64,000 nt of DNA, taken from positions 6,882,001 to 6,946,000 of the forward strand of contig OZ024752.1 in the NCBI GenBank assembly GCA_964016885.1. Direction: 5' to 3'. The position numbers and the translations under genes are program-made. Positions 51,904-64,000 of this stretch are shown here, piece by piece. Positions within the stretch are counted from its first letter, which is position 1. The number at the start of each line of letters is the position of its first letter. Source of the DNA: Eledone cirrhosa. Taxonomy: Eukaryota. The notes below the pieces were generated by a model that was given only the letters and a program-made list of their open reading frames with translations, was not told the origin of the DNA and did not search any database.

Positions 51904-52466
51904 CAGTGGTTCCCAGCCTTTCATCTAAAAACTATGTAGCCCCCCCCCCCCCGATATGAAAACAGCAATGATCAACTGCAAAGTGTAAACAAATTGGTGT
52001 ATAGGTGGTGCCAGATGTACAATAACATATGGAGGAGGTGAGACAGGAGTTTCTGACAGTAATGTCTACCACCAAAGTTACCTTGGTATAGGTGGTGCCA
52101 GATGTACAATAACATATGGAGGAGGTGAGACAGGAGTTTCTGACAGTAATGTCTACCACCAAAGTTACCTTGGTATAGGTGGTGCCAGATGTACAATAAC
52201 ATATGGAGGAGGTGAGACAGGAGTTTCTGACAGTAATGTCTACCACCAAAGTTACCTTGGTATAGGTGGTGCCAGATGTACAATAACATATGGAGGAGGT
52301 GAGACAGGAGTTACTGACAGTAATGTCTACCACCAAAGTTACCTTCGTGTAAAGGTAATAAAGTAAAACCTGAGGTTTGTTCTCATTAACATCATTTTCA
52401 AATGGCCCCCTTAAATAGTCAAATTGCCCCTCTGTGTGGGAGTGTGCCCCACGTTGGGAATCATTG
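51904..52466. mobile_element. hAT-type MITE with an internal 87-bp array (51998-52346, 4 copies), nested in an RTE remnant
   Basis: TIRs cagtggttcccagc and gttgggaatcattg. Flanking 8-mers tgctggct and tgctaggt. Confidence 0.8.
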
Positions 52467-53531
52467 TGCTAGGTGATACCAGTGGAAGGAAGCTACAGTA
52501 GAGGAAGACTGAGAAAAACCAAGGTGGAGGTGGTTTGAACTGATCTTAAAACACTGACCCTCACAAAGATGATGACAAAGGAATGTTATAAGTGAAGAGA
52601 AGCTGCACTTGAAAGGAACCATCCAACCCCACCAGATAAGATAGATGTTTTCTTTTTGTTATAACCAACATTTAATGTCTGAAACTTAAGTTGAAAGCAA
52701 AAACTAAAAAAAAAAAGACAAAATGGAAAAAATTGAAATAAAATGATTTAAAAAATATATTTTGTCTGTTTTTACTTTTTTACTGTACAAAATTCATCTT
52801 TGTAAAATTGATACAACAATAAGTGATTTATTTCAATTCTAAACATATTTTATATTTCACTAGTTTTTCAAACTGACTTTTCAAGTACCATGAAATAATA
52901 GTTTCAAAAAGGTTTCATATTAAAATACGGTGCTGTTTTATTTTAATATATTACATTTTTTTAAAAATGCTGAATAGTTTTAATTGTAGATTTAGAAAGA
53001 CATCAGCTATAATGTTGGATGGCTAAGTACATCTTGGATTACTATGTACTGTGTGTATATAGCCCATGTTTGATGGATACATCGATTATTGAGAGGAATT
53101 CATAGGGTCAAAATTTGGCAACTATCAACATCATCATCATCATCGTTTAATGTCTATTTTCCACGCTAGCATGGGTTAGACGGGTTTGTCCCATTTAGAG
53201 GCAAGTTGGGTCAGGTGACCGGATTTTGCTCATATAGAACTGTTTCTGGCTGGTTTTCTATAGCTGGATACCCTTCTTAACGCCAACCACATTTACAGTG
53301 TGTGGTGCGTGTTTTTTGTTGTGATACCTATATGATCACTTTACAAAACATACCATCATGAACAACAGATGTAAAATAATGAAAACTGAATTTTCAGCAG
53401 TTTTGACACTTCAAAAGTTAAATTGAAAAGAAAGAAAATTATGAAATATGAGATGAAAATTATGAAATTTGTGATGAAAATAAAAAGTATTTAGAAAAAA
53501 TAATCACAAATTTGTATTCATTTTACAAAAA

Positions 53532-53562
<31 letters not shown>

Positions 53563-53866
53563 TATCAAAAGATATTCAAACAAAACAAAACCTAAATATA
53601 TATATATATATACACACACAAATATACACACATACACATACATATATATACACAATGATTTTATTTGTGTTTAAAGTCTGCAATTGTCTGGACAAAAGTA
53701 AAGTGAGAAGACTTGGAATATGGGGGGTGGGGTTCTTATTTGTCCTACATTCATCAAGATGGCGACACAGTGGAATCTGTTTAGTCTTGTATTAGTTTAA
53801 TGGTAATTCTGAGGGCAAGTTTCTTTGTCCTTCCTATGTAGTCTTTGTTACAACCTTTACACTTAA

Positions 53867-55083
53867 TCCTTTAGCATTTAAACTGGTCATATCCAGCTAA
53901 AATTCTCATCTTTTTCTGTTCAAACCAGCCATAACCAGACAACCAGCGACTCATACTGACATTAAGGTATTGTTCCCAAAATAAATAATAACATCATTAA
54001 AATCTCATAGATTCCATATTATGTGAAATAAAAACCTTAAATACAATAGTATATATAGAGTAATGTAAATGTTATGTGAGATATTATGTGAGGTAAAGCC
54101 TTTACTGTGACAATACAATAGTATATATAGAGTAATGTAAATGTTATGTGAGATATTATGTGAGGTAAAGCCTTTACTGTGACAATACAATAGTATATAT
54201 AGAGTAATGTAAATGTTATGTGAGATATTATGTGAGGTAAAGCCTTTACTGTGAAAATACAATAGTATATATAGAGTAATGTAAATGTTATGTGAGATAT
54301 TATGTGAGGTAAAGCCTTTACTGTGACAATACAATAGTATATATAGAGTAATGTAAATGTTATGTGAGATATTATGTGAGGTAAAGCCTTTACTGTGACA
54401 ATACAATAGTATATACAGAGTAATGTAAATGTTATGTGATATTATGTGAGGTAAAGCCTTTACTGTGAAAATACAATAATAAATATAGAGTAATGTAAAT
54501 GTTATGCGAGATATTATGTGAGGTAAAGCCTTTACTGTGAAAATACAATAGTATATACAGAGTAATGTAAATGCTATGTGAGATATTATGTGAGGTAAAG
54601 CCTTTACTGTGAAAATACAATAGTATATATAGAGTAATGTAAATGTTATGTGAGATATTATGTGAGGTAAAGCCTTTACTGTGAAAATACAATAGTATAT
54701 ATAGAGTAATGTAAATGTTATGTGAGATATTATGTGGGGTAAAGCCTTTACTGTGAAAATACAATAGTATATATAGAGTAATGTAAATGTTATGTGAGAT
54801 ATTATGTGGGGTAAAGCCTTTACTGTGAAAATACAATAGTATATATAGAGTAATGTAAATGCTATGCGAGATATTATATGAGGTAAAGCCTTTACTGTGA
54901 AAATACAATAGTATATATAGAGTAATGTAAATGTTATGTGAGATATTATGTGAGATATTTTGTGAGGTAAAGCCTTTACTGTGAAAATACAATAGTATAT
55001 ATAGAGTAATGTAAATGTTATGTGATATTATGTGAAGTAAAGCCTTTACTGTGAAAAAGCAATAGTAGTGTAGTGTAAATGTT
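53867..55083 (-). mobile_element. piggyBac-type MITE with the same 72-bp array, inverted (54016-55060, ~14 copies)
   Basis: TTAA-tcctttagcatttaaac terminus. The array is the reverse complement of the one at 40607-42092. Confidence 0.85.
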
Positions 55084-55662
55084 ATTTTACCAAAACCAAA
55101 GATGCCGACATGTTGACAGAATCTTCAGTAACAATTATAGACAGGAACAGCTACAACTCAGAGCTAACAATACACTCAATCATTATAAAAGAATATATTA
55201 TACAATGGAATCAGAAATAGCAGTGCATTGACGAATTTGAAAGATGTTTTTTTTTAGACACAATCAATGTAATTCACAACACCTGGTGGTACAAACTAAT
55301 GAGAAACTGAAGATAATCAACTCACCCAAAAGAAATATTTCAATACAACAAATTAAAACCCCTTCAAAAGAGCTAAAATGTACTCCAATGCCTCACTACC
55401 CTAACTACAATGAACTACACAATGATATTTCACACTTCTGTAGAGAATTATGCATAGCAGAAGAATTATTTGATAAGGAAAACAGAGATGAATTAAATAT
55501 TAAAATAAAAGTAGCTACAAACCAACAAAAGGTAGGAATAAAACATTGAATTTTGTGACTGTGTATCCACCTTCCCATACAACAAACTACGACATCCAAT
55601 ATCAGTTGAAAGGAATGGGAAGTTATCCATGAACTCAAAAATATTAAAGACATTGTTATTAA

Positions 55663-55770
55663 CATTTAACACGTTGTCGGCGACACATTGCGACAGTAGA
55701 GTAATCTCCCCTTAATACATAATGCAGTGTCAAGGGAAGTAATTCATAAAGAAATTCAGTGTGCTAAAGG
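55663..55770. mobile_element. 108-bp TTAA-flanked MITE inserted in the Penelope RT
   Basis: TTAA at 55659 and 55771. Removing it restores VIKEVDKGSA. Confidence 0.8.
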
Positions 55771-55935
55771 TTAAGGAAGTGGATAAGGGAAGTGCTACTA
55801 TAATATGTTGAACACTACAAAAATGTATTATTTCTATTAAAAGACAACACCTATTATGAAAAGGTAAACAATTACCAACAAAAACGATGTCAAAACTAAA
55901 CACACTCATTCACTAACATTAATAAGATGTAACAA

Positions 55936-56040
55936 CAAAGCCGAGGTTAACTTTGCCTTTCATCCTTACGGGGTCGATAAAATAAAGTACCAGTAATGTA
56001 CTGGGTATTTGATGGCCTTGTGCCAAAAGTAGAAACAATT
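55936..56040 (+). mobile_element. 5'-truncated SINE with 15-bp TSD
   Basis: aataagatgtaacaa at 55921 and 56041. Confidence 0.9.
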
Positions 56041-56198
56041 AATAAGATGTAACAAACAAAGAATCTAACTACCTAAATCATTTTGAATGAAAACTATCAA
56101 TTTTTTTGGTCGCCCTAAAATCCAACGATGTCTGTAAAGAGTCAGCTTTAACTTGTATAAACATACCCCCCCCCCCCCCAAGAATCTTAAGATCCATT

Positions 56199-56480
56199 GT
56201 AGCAAACCTCAATGATGAAAGACAGACTCAGTAGCAAGCGTCAATGATGAATCACAGACTCAGTAGCAAGCCTCAATGATGAAAGACAGACTCAGTAGCA
56301 AGCGTCAATGATGAATCACAGACTCAGTAACAAGCCTCAATGATGAATCACAGACTCAGTAGCAAGCCTCAATGATGAAAGACTCAGTAGCATGCCTAAA
56401 TGATGAATCACAGACTCAGTAGCAAGCCTCAATGATGAAAGACTCAGTAACAAGCCTCAATGATGAAAGACAGACTCAGG
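56199..56480. repeat. 32/28-bp minisatellite, ~9 copies, within the Penelope RT
   Basis: Unit gtagcaagcctcaatgatgaa(tc/ag)acagactca. Confidence 0.9.
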
Positions 56481-57357
56481 AGCTTATACTAGTGAAACCA
56501 CTTTTAAAATACACACCAAGTTTTATAAATGATGGCCTGGATCTGTTAAACCACCTCCCTAAACCCCATTAACAGAGAAACTACTACTGTACCATTAAAC
56601 CTCTATACTATGATCCCACATCAATAGGGACTAGAGGCAATAGGATTCTGGTACGAAAAATTCCCTAATGAACTTCTAAACAGAATAGAAAAATGTTTCA
56701 TCACCGTAGGATTAAAATAATAATTTTGACTTTAATGGCAACATTTACAGACAAATACCTGAGACTAGGATGGGTACAAAAGTAGCTCTGACTCATCATG
56801 ACACACATAGAGGTCCAAATATATGAACTATGCAGATTTAAATACAACTTTAGACTTCCATAAATAGTTACTAGAAAACTGGAAACGTTACTTAAATGAC
56901 TGCATAATTCTGTAGACACATATCTTTGATTTCAAATGCATATGACAAATGCAACCTTCGACCTCAGAGGTATGGTAGATTCTTTAGGGAAAAAATAGTG
57001 TTTTCAATGCAGACAAATACAGTACATTACTAAAACACCTCAAAAATCTTTTATTATTTCCAAAATTATTTGAAAATTGTAAGCAGTGCCCTTCATTAAA
57101 AATGTAGTAACAAGAGGGTGAACAAAACAGAAGAGACAATCTGGATCTGCTTTCAAGAATAAATCAAATCATTAGATAAAAATCAACATTAGATTGGTTC
57201 AGACATATGGCCATGTTTTAATCTACCCTCATACCCCCCCCCCCTACCTCACTTGATTGCTGATTATCAAAATGTTTATGTAAGAACAGCGTTCCTGTTT
57301 GTATATGCATGAGGATGTTTACATTACATGAAATTTTGTGTGTGCAGTTGCATATTC

Positions 57358-57418
<61 letters not shown>

Positions 57419-57426
57419 AGTGTGTC

Positions 57427-57465
<39 letters not shown>

Positions 57466-57756
57466 TCATCATCATCATAAATACATAGTTCCATATTGAG
57501 TTGGTTAAGACCCCCACCCAATCATGTAGAGCCACACACGTGATTTGTTGAACAAATCATTGGAAATACACACATGTTTGCATGTGTGTGACAATGTTTA
57601 CATAACAGGAAATGTTGTGTGCTCATGCATATATATATATATATATATATATGCAAGAGCACACAAAAGTTCCTATGTAAACATTGTCATCATTTCTGAA
57701 GACAGCATGTATATGTGTAGGTATGTATATTTCCTCTGATAATTTGTAATATTTTT

Positions 57757-57934
57757 ACATAGATCTATATGATATACATACCAACACACATATATATCCT
57801 ACATAGATCTATATGATATACATACCAACACACATATATATCCTACATAGATCTATATGATATACATACCAACACACATATATATCCTACATAGATCTAT
57901 ATGATATACATACCAACACACATATATATATCCT
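57757..57934. repeat. 44-bp repeat, 4 copies
   Basis: Unit tacatagatctatatgatatacataccaacacacatatatatcc. Confidence 0.9.
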
Positions 57935-58005
57935 AGAAACGATCATAAAATGATGAATTTTTTAATAAGGAACTTGTTCTTTGTTTTTATTCATTGTTTT
58001 TATTA

Positions 58006-58045
<40 letters not shown>

Positions 58046-58528
58046 GTGCATGAGCATATATATATATACATATATATACTCATGCATGTGTATATATATA
58101 TATCATCATCATCATCATCGTTTAACGTCCATCTTCCACGCTTGCATGGGTCTGGACGGGAGTTTTCCCACTTGATGCAAGATTGGTTGTCTTGCTCGTG
58201 TAGGACTGTCTGGCGGGTTGTCTACAGCTGGATGCCCTTCCTAACACCAACCACGTTTACAGTGTGGACTGGGAGGTTTTTACCGTGTTACCTACCTATA
58301 TATACACACATATATGAGCATATATATATATATATACACATGCATGAGCATATATATATATGTATATATATATGTACATGAGAATATATATATATATATA
58401 TATATAGATAGATAGATATATTGGTTCAACTGTTAGTTAAGAGCCTTTTCAATCATTTACTCTCTCTTTCCCTCTCTCTCTCTCTCTCTCTCACACGATT
58501 GGTTGGACAAATGATTGTCCCACACATA

Positions 58529-58579
<51 letters not shown>

Positions 58580-58785
58580 GTGTATGTATGCATATATATA
58601 TATATATCATCATCTTCGTTTAACGTCCATCTTCCACACTAGCATGGGTTAGACGGGAGTTGTCCCAATTTGAGCCAAGGTTGGTCGGGTGACCACGTAT
58701 CGCTCATATAGGACTATCTGGCAGGTTTTTTACAGCTCGATGCCCCTCCTAACACCAACCACATTTACAGGATATATATATACAT

Positions 58786-59263
58786 ATGGTGGCTGCCAAC
58801 TCGTTTTCGAGTACGGCCACTACTTTATATCCATGTAGGAGAACTCCTACCGATGCGCTGAACGAGTGACTTTTTAGTCCAGCCAGCGACTTGAAAACTC
58901 TGGTACAAACACTGCACCTGTGACAATTATTGACACATAGTGCTGGGCCCATGGTACCATGTGAGGACAAGTGCAGAGAGATCTCCAGATATAAAGCAAT
59001 GCCTGTGCCGTGAAGCTTTTATAGTGAGCAAAGGCACTGCACAAAGCCAGTCCCACTCTCTTAACCAAGGTGATATTTACCAAAAAGAAGAACAAGTCAA
59101 CATCATTGGATACCATCAGGGTTGCAGGTGTTATATCAGAGTTTTCCTTCTCCTAGAATTCTGCCTTGACAAAGGCTAAGGGGTCATCTCTATATATATA
59201 TATACATACATACAGAAACACATATACATATTTGATTACTTAAACAAATGACTCTAAAGTCTA

Positions 59264-59329
<66 letters not shown>

Positions 59330-60093
59330 AATAGACTTTAGAGTCATTTGTTTAAGTAATCAAATGTGTATATGTGTTATGTTTCTGTATATATGTATAT
59401 ATATGTTATGTGTATGTATGTATATATATGTTATGTATATGTATGTATATATGTATGTATGTATATATGTATGTATGTATATGTCAGGTCACCAGTTGGT
59501 GCTACTGGTAACATGTATCCCAGTACAACCTGTCCCATGGTCGGGTCGTTGGCGACTAAACTGGCAACCCCACCAAGGTTTCTTGGTGAGGAGGGTGACT
59601 TTGGACATCCTGCAGGACTAAAAACAAAACCTGTCAAAGGGCAAAGGAGCTCTTAAGAGTCAATGGCCATCCAAAATCACCGGGAGAGATGACCCCCTTA
59701 GCCTTTGTCAAGGCAGAATTCTAGGAGAAGGAAAACTCTGATATAACACCTGCAACCCTGATGGTATCCAATGATGTTGACTTGTTCTTCTTTTTGGTAA
59801 ATATCATCTTGGTTAAGAGAGTGGGACTGGCTTTGTGCAGTGCCTTTGCTCACTATAAAAGCTTCACGGCACAGGCATTGCTTTATATCTGGAGATCTCT
59901 CTGCACTTGTCGTCACATGGTACCATGGGCCCAGCACTATGTGTCAGTAATTGTCACAAGTGTAGTGTTTGTACCAGAGTTTTCAAGTCGCTGGCTGGAC
60001 TAAAAAGTCACACTCGTTCAGCGCATCGGTAGGGGTTCTCCTACATGGATATAAAGTAGTGGCCGTACTCGAAAACGAGTTGGCAGCCACCAT
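58786..60093. repeat. Inverted duplication (~405-bp arms at 58786-59191 and 59685-60093) of an RTE-derived element
   Basis: Arms differ by about 6 substitutions and 2 indels. They encode a C2H2-like CSVCTRVFKSLAGLKSH. An inner inverted repeat lies at 59217-59264 and 59331-59378. Confidence 0.9.
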
Positions 60094-60491
60094 GTATATA
60101 TGTATGTATGTGTGTGTATGTATGTATGTGTGTGTATATGTGTTTCTGTATGTATATACATACATACAGAAACATACACACACATACATACATACACACG
60201 TGTATGAATGTGTATGTATGTATGTATGTATGTATGTATGTATATATACCAACCATTTTAGATTATATTTATCATACACAGGAACTCTACAGGAAGGAAG
60301 GTACTCCATTGGTTACGACGACTGTTCCATTGATCCAATCAATGGAACAGCCTACTTGTGAAATTAACATACAAGTAGTTGAGTATTCCACAGTCACGTG
60401 TACCCTTAACGTTGTTCTCAGGGAGATTCAGAATGTGACAAGGCTGGCCATTCGAACTACAGACACAACTCATTTCTGCCAGCTGAGTACA

Positions 60492-60843
60492 TTTGACACG
60501 AGAGTGCAAGAAAAGGAGAAGGAGAAAATTAACTGATACCAGGATTTAAAGTGGGAGTTAAAAAGGATTTGGGACTGTCATGAGATCAAGGTCGTCCCGA
60601 TTGTCATAGGAGCACTAGGTACTATCTCAAAGGGTTTTCAAGGATGGTTAAAGAACATTAGTCCAGCTCCCTTTTTTTGGAACACTTCAAAAGGTATGCT
60701 TGCTGGGAACAGCAAGAACCCTCCGGTATGTCCTGAATATCTGAGGCTGCAGGTAGCGACTTGATGTTCATTTGGACAAACTTTCCAGTTAAATAACATC
60801 AATGACAGACTCAAATAACAATAATAATAATAATAATAATAAT
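60492..60843 (+). mobile_element. R4/Dong-clade non-LTR 3' fragment (restriction-like endonuclease region)
   Basis: EKEKEKI-YQDLKWELKRIW..VVPIVIGALG..LQKVCLLGTARTLR with a (TAA)n tail. Confidence 0.8.
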
Positions 60844-61224
60844 CAGCAGCAGCTAATACAGTAATTGATCTCAGTGACCTGTAATGCTCATATTCTTGAG
60901 ATGTCAGAGTTAATTTACTAGGGGGCTAACTCAGTCCCACGGTATTCCTCTACACTATTTCATTAATAGTTTTTCAAATTACCACATTTATTCTACTACC
61001 ACTACTACTACTACTGGTGTTGTTACTACTACTACTACTAGTGTTGCTACTACTACTACCACCACCACTACACACTGCGTAATGACCTCACTATCAAACA
61101 GAGGTCATCTAGAAACCAAAACAATGACAGAGGAATTTAGATAAATAGTTAAACAAAGCAATTCTTGTAATGAACTAAATTCAAGCCCCCAAGCTTGTGG
61201 TATAACCAGTGAGATGACCCCTTT

Positions 61225-61728
61225 ATTTTATCAATCCTGTAAGGATAAAAGTCAAAACTTAACCTCAGTAAAATTTGAACTCAGAACGTAAAGGAATGTA
61301 ACTATATGACACAAAGCATGTTGTCTGATGCTCTACTGATTCTGCCAATACAACATTAATTGTTTCTACTATTGGCACAAGGCCATAAATTACCCAGTAC
61401 ATTACTGGTACTTTACTTTATCGACTTCGTAAGGATGAAAGGCAAAGTTAACCTCGGCGGGATTTGAACTCAACAATAATGTTATCAAAACATGACAGAT
61501 CATATGTTGTCCCTTTATTAATCTATTCCACGGTGGAATTAGGCGGTGAATTGGCAGTATCGGTAGAGGGTCGGACGCCATGCTTTCCAGCATAGTTACG
61601 TCCCTTTACGATCTGAGTTCAAATCCCGGCGAGGTTGACTTTGCCTTTCATCCTTACGGGGTCGATAAAATAAAGTACCAGTAATGCACTGGGTAATTGC
61701 TGGTCTTGTGCCTAAAGTAGAAACAATT
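61225..61728. mobile_element. Cluster of three SINEs (two minus at 61225-61471, one plus at 61541-61728)
   Basis: Family consensus on both strands. Confidence 0.85.
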
Positions 61729-61729
61729 A

Positions 61730-62608
61730 TCTCATCATCCGGCAACCTCAGCCGAAGTCGACTTAACAATTGATCTCCCCGTGGGTCTATCATTGTCGTT
61801 GCCAAGTCTTGGATTTCAATACCAGAATCTCTGGAGATGACGTCAGGATAGGAGAGCTTGTGTCCCCTGTTATTAGTGACTGCTTGTGGTTTCCAGAGCA
61901 CTAATGGGGACACAACCTCAGAGGTGGTGCAATGGCAGTGGCCAGCAAATCTTACTCTCCTTTTACGTACAACGACATATATGTGTGGGAGCCCGGCATA
62001 TATTTCTCTCAAAGTCAGATGTCGCCAGCTTATGTTGTGAATGCACTGAAGCAGGCAAGTGTAGGTGCCACCAAGGTAGTAGTAGTAGTAGTGTAGGTGC
62101 CACCATGGTAGTAGTAGTAGTAGTAGTTGTAGTAGTGTAGGTGCCACCAAGGTAGTAGTAGTAGTAGTAGTTGTAGTAGTGTAGGTGCCATCAAGTTAGT
62201 AGTAGTAGTAGTAGTAGTTGTAGTAGTGTAGGTGCCACCAAGGTAGTAGTAGTAGTAGTAGTTGTAGTAGTGTAGGTGCCACCAAGGTAGTAGTAGTAGT
62301 AGTAGTTGTAGTAGTGTAGGTGCCATCAAGTTAGTAGTAGTAGTAGTAGTAGTTGTAGTAGTGTAGGTGCCACCAAGGTAGTAGTAGTAGTAGTAGTTGT
62401 AGTAGTGTAGGTGCCATCAAGTTAGTAGTAGTAGTAGTAGTAGTTGTAGTAGTGTAGGTGCCACCAAGGCGCTTTTGTTTGGATGAAAGCATTCATGGTT
62501 TACTTCCAGATAGTAAGATTGGTTGAATTGTTACTTGGAAGAGTTTGATCTTGGTGTGGTTGGAAATATTTGAGCACCAAACTCGATCCATCTTGTTGCA
62601 AGTTGACC
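61730..62608 (-). mobile_element. LINE 3' remnant split by a compound gtgtaggtgccaccaagg-(gta)n array (62060-62469)
   Basis: TKIKLFQVTIQPILL..RLGGTYT / CLLQCIHNISW..RRVRFAGHC..LVLWKP. Confidence 0.8.
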
Positions 62609-62621
62609 ATTATTATCTACT

Positions 62622-62803
62622 GGTGGATTGGCAGTATCGGTAGAGGGTCAGACACCATGCTTTGATGCATAGAGTTACGGCCCTTGCAATTCTGAGTTCA
62701 AATCCCGCCGAGGTTAACTTTGCCTTTCATCCTACCGGGTCGATAAAATAAAGTACCAGTAATGCACTGGGTAATTGCTGGCCTTGTGCCAAAAGTAGAA
62801 ACA
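62622..62803 (+). mobile_element. Full-length tRNA-derived SINE with Deu/Nin-like core and 10-bp TSD
   Basis: TSD attatctact at 62612 and 62804. B-box gagttcaaatcc. Core gcctttcatcct-gggtcgataaaataaagtaccag. Confidence 0.9.
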
Positions 62804-64000
62804 ATTATCTACTACACCTACTGAGTATATTTACAAACATGTCATCTAAAAATGAATATTGCTACACTCAATAAAAATGTCTAAATGTATACAGTTTTAA
62901 TTTTAGTTCAAAATGTCTAATATAATAAAAGAAAATATGTTATATATCTTCACCTTCAACCAACTTATGGTGGCCAACAACTTTATCTTATTCCATTCTA
63001 ATCTACCGTATCTGCCAACATGAACTTTCTTTCATAATTCTTAACCTAAGTTCACTTATCCATCAGATTATTTCAGACAAGAATTTCCATTCTTGGTACA
63101 AGATGACATAATCACAATCTAACAAATATGTCAAAGATTCCAATATATAATTCTTAAGTTATCTTTGGTTCTATTATTTTAGCAACTAAATTACTAGATT
63201 AGTATTTTTTTATCCCTAGCAGGATTATATGAGTTTAACATCACTAATTTATTCATCTGAAATAGCTGGTATCTGAAATAGAGGTATGGGGGTTGATTCC
63301 TGATATCGACCAATAACAGCTTCTTTTTCCATTTTTAAGGGTCTTCACCGTATTTTATGTAATGATATTATAAATAGAATCTGTATATCATTTTGTATGT
63401 AAAGATTTTGATTATATGATTTACACTTAACGTCGGAGTAATTCGATGTATATAACTCACTCGAAACGTGCAAGGAATTACAATAATTTAAAAATTAATT
63501 TTTCCATCTATATATTTGATTTTATATATATATTGAAAAGACTTGCTGAACACACAAGCCGAAACCGCTTGGTCCCAGGGTCAGGGTTTCACATCTATCT
63601 CTCTCTCAAATATATATATATATATATATCATCATCATCATCATCATCAACGTTTAACGTCCGTGTTCCACGCTTGCATGGGTTTGGACGGGGGTAGTCC
63701 CACTTGAGGCAAGAGTGATTGTCTTGCTCGCATAGGACTGTCTGGCAGGTTTTCTACAGTTGGATGCCCTTCCTAACACCAACCACATTTACAGTGTGGG
63801 TCTGGGAGGTTTTTACCGTGTTGCCTACACGGCCACATTACAGCGTGGACTGTGTGTTTTTTGTCGTGACACCTACACGATCTCATTTGTTTCGGCCTGG
63901 ATGGTGTGGCACCAACATAACTTTACATAGAACGGGGTGGCGTGGATGGGGGGGGGGGGTATTTTGTTAGAGATGCCTACTGGCTGTAGTAGGTTTTACT

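Larger units (their letters stand above)
55290..56910 (+). mobile_element. Decayed Penelope-like element RT
   Basis: Fragments SKELKCTPMP..DISHFCREL, DIVIK/EVDKGSA, FFGRPKI, LYTMIPH, FDFNGNIYRQ..MGTKVA, WKRYL. Confidence 0.8.

Noticed and set aside
59484-59640. HDV-like or twister ribozyme in the RTE-like 5' region
   Set aside because: Some helices can be drawn (GGTCACC/GGTGACT, CCAGT/ACTGG), but I could not build the nested double pseudoknot in the correct order.

Overview
Repeat-rich, AT-rich animal genomic DNA. The SINE, RTE and MITE content and the dense (TA)n/(CA)n/(GAT)n microsatellites look like an octopod cephalopod, which is my inference and not a database match. The whole window appears to lie inside one minus-strand gene, a MAGI-family scaffold (membrane-associated guanylate kinase, inverted). 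Two exons are present, 48596-48483 and 6152-6033. They splice in frame across a 42.3-kb intron to give [76 protein letters not shown], the start of the GuK-like domain. The rest is intronic: a 5'-truncated RTE LINE with one premature stop and a duplicated 3' end, Penelope, R4/Dong, CR1 and other LINE remnants, tRNA-derived SINEs, piggyBac-, Tc1/mariner- and hAT-type MITEs, a Helitron, and about 25 minisatellites, many grown from pieces of old TEs. Almost all long ORFs in the track are repeat artefacts. The top finding is a type I hammerhead ribozyme fold at 19148-19240 (+) with Schistosoma-like tertiary elements, inside a hairpin-rich ~316-bp unit that resembles a non-LTR retrozyme. An inverted copy of its substrate strand lies on the pre-mRNA strand, and a 28-bp hairpin array with loop inversions has grown from the unit. 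Also notable: near-identical 72-bp arrays inside three diverged MITE shells bracketing the upstream exon in inverted orientation, and a twin-primed non-L1 LINE insertion. All coordinates, copy numbers and identities were counted by eye.
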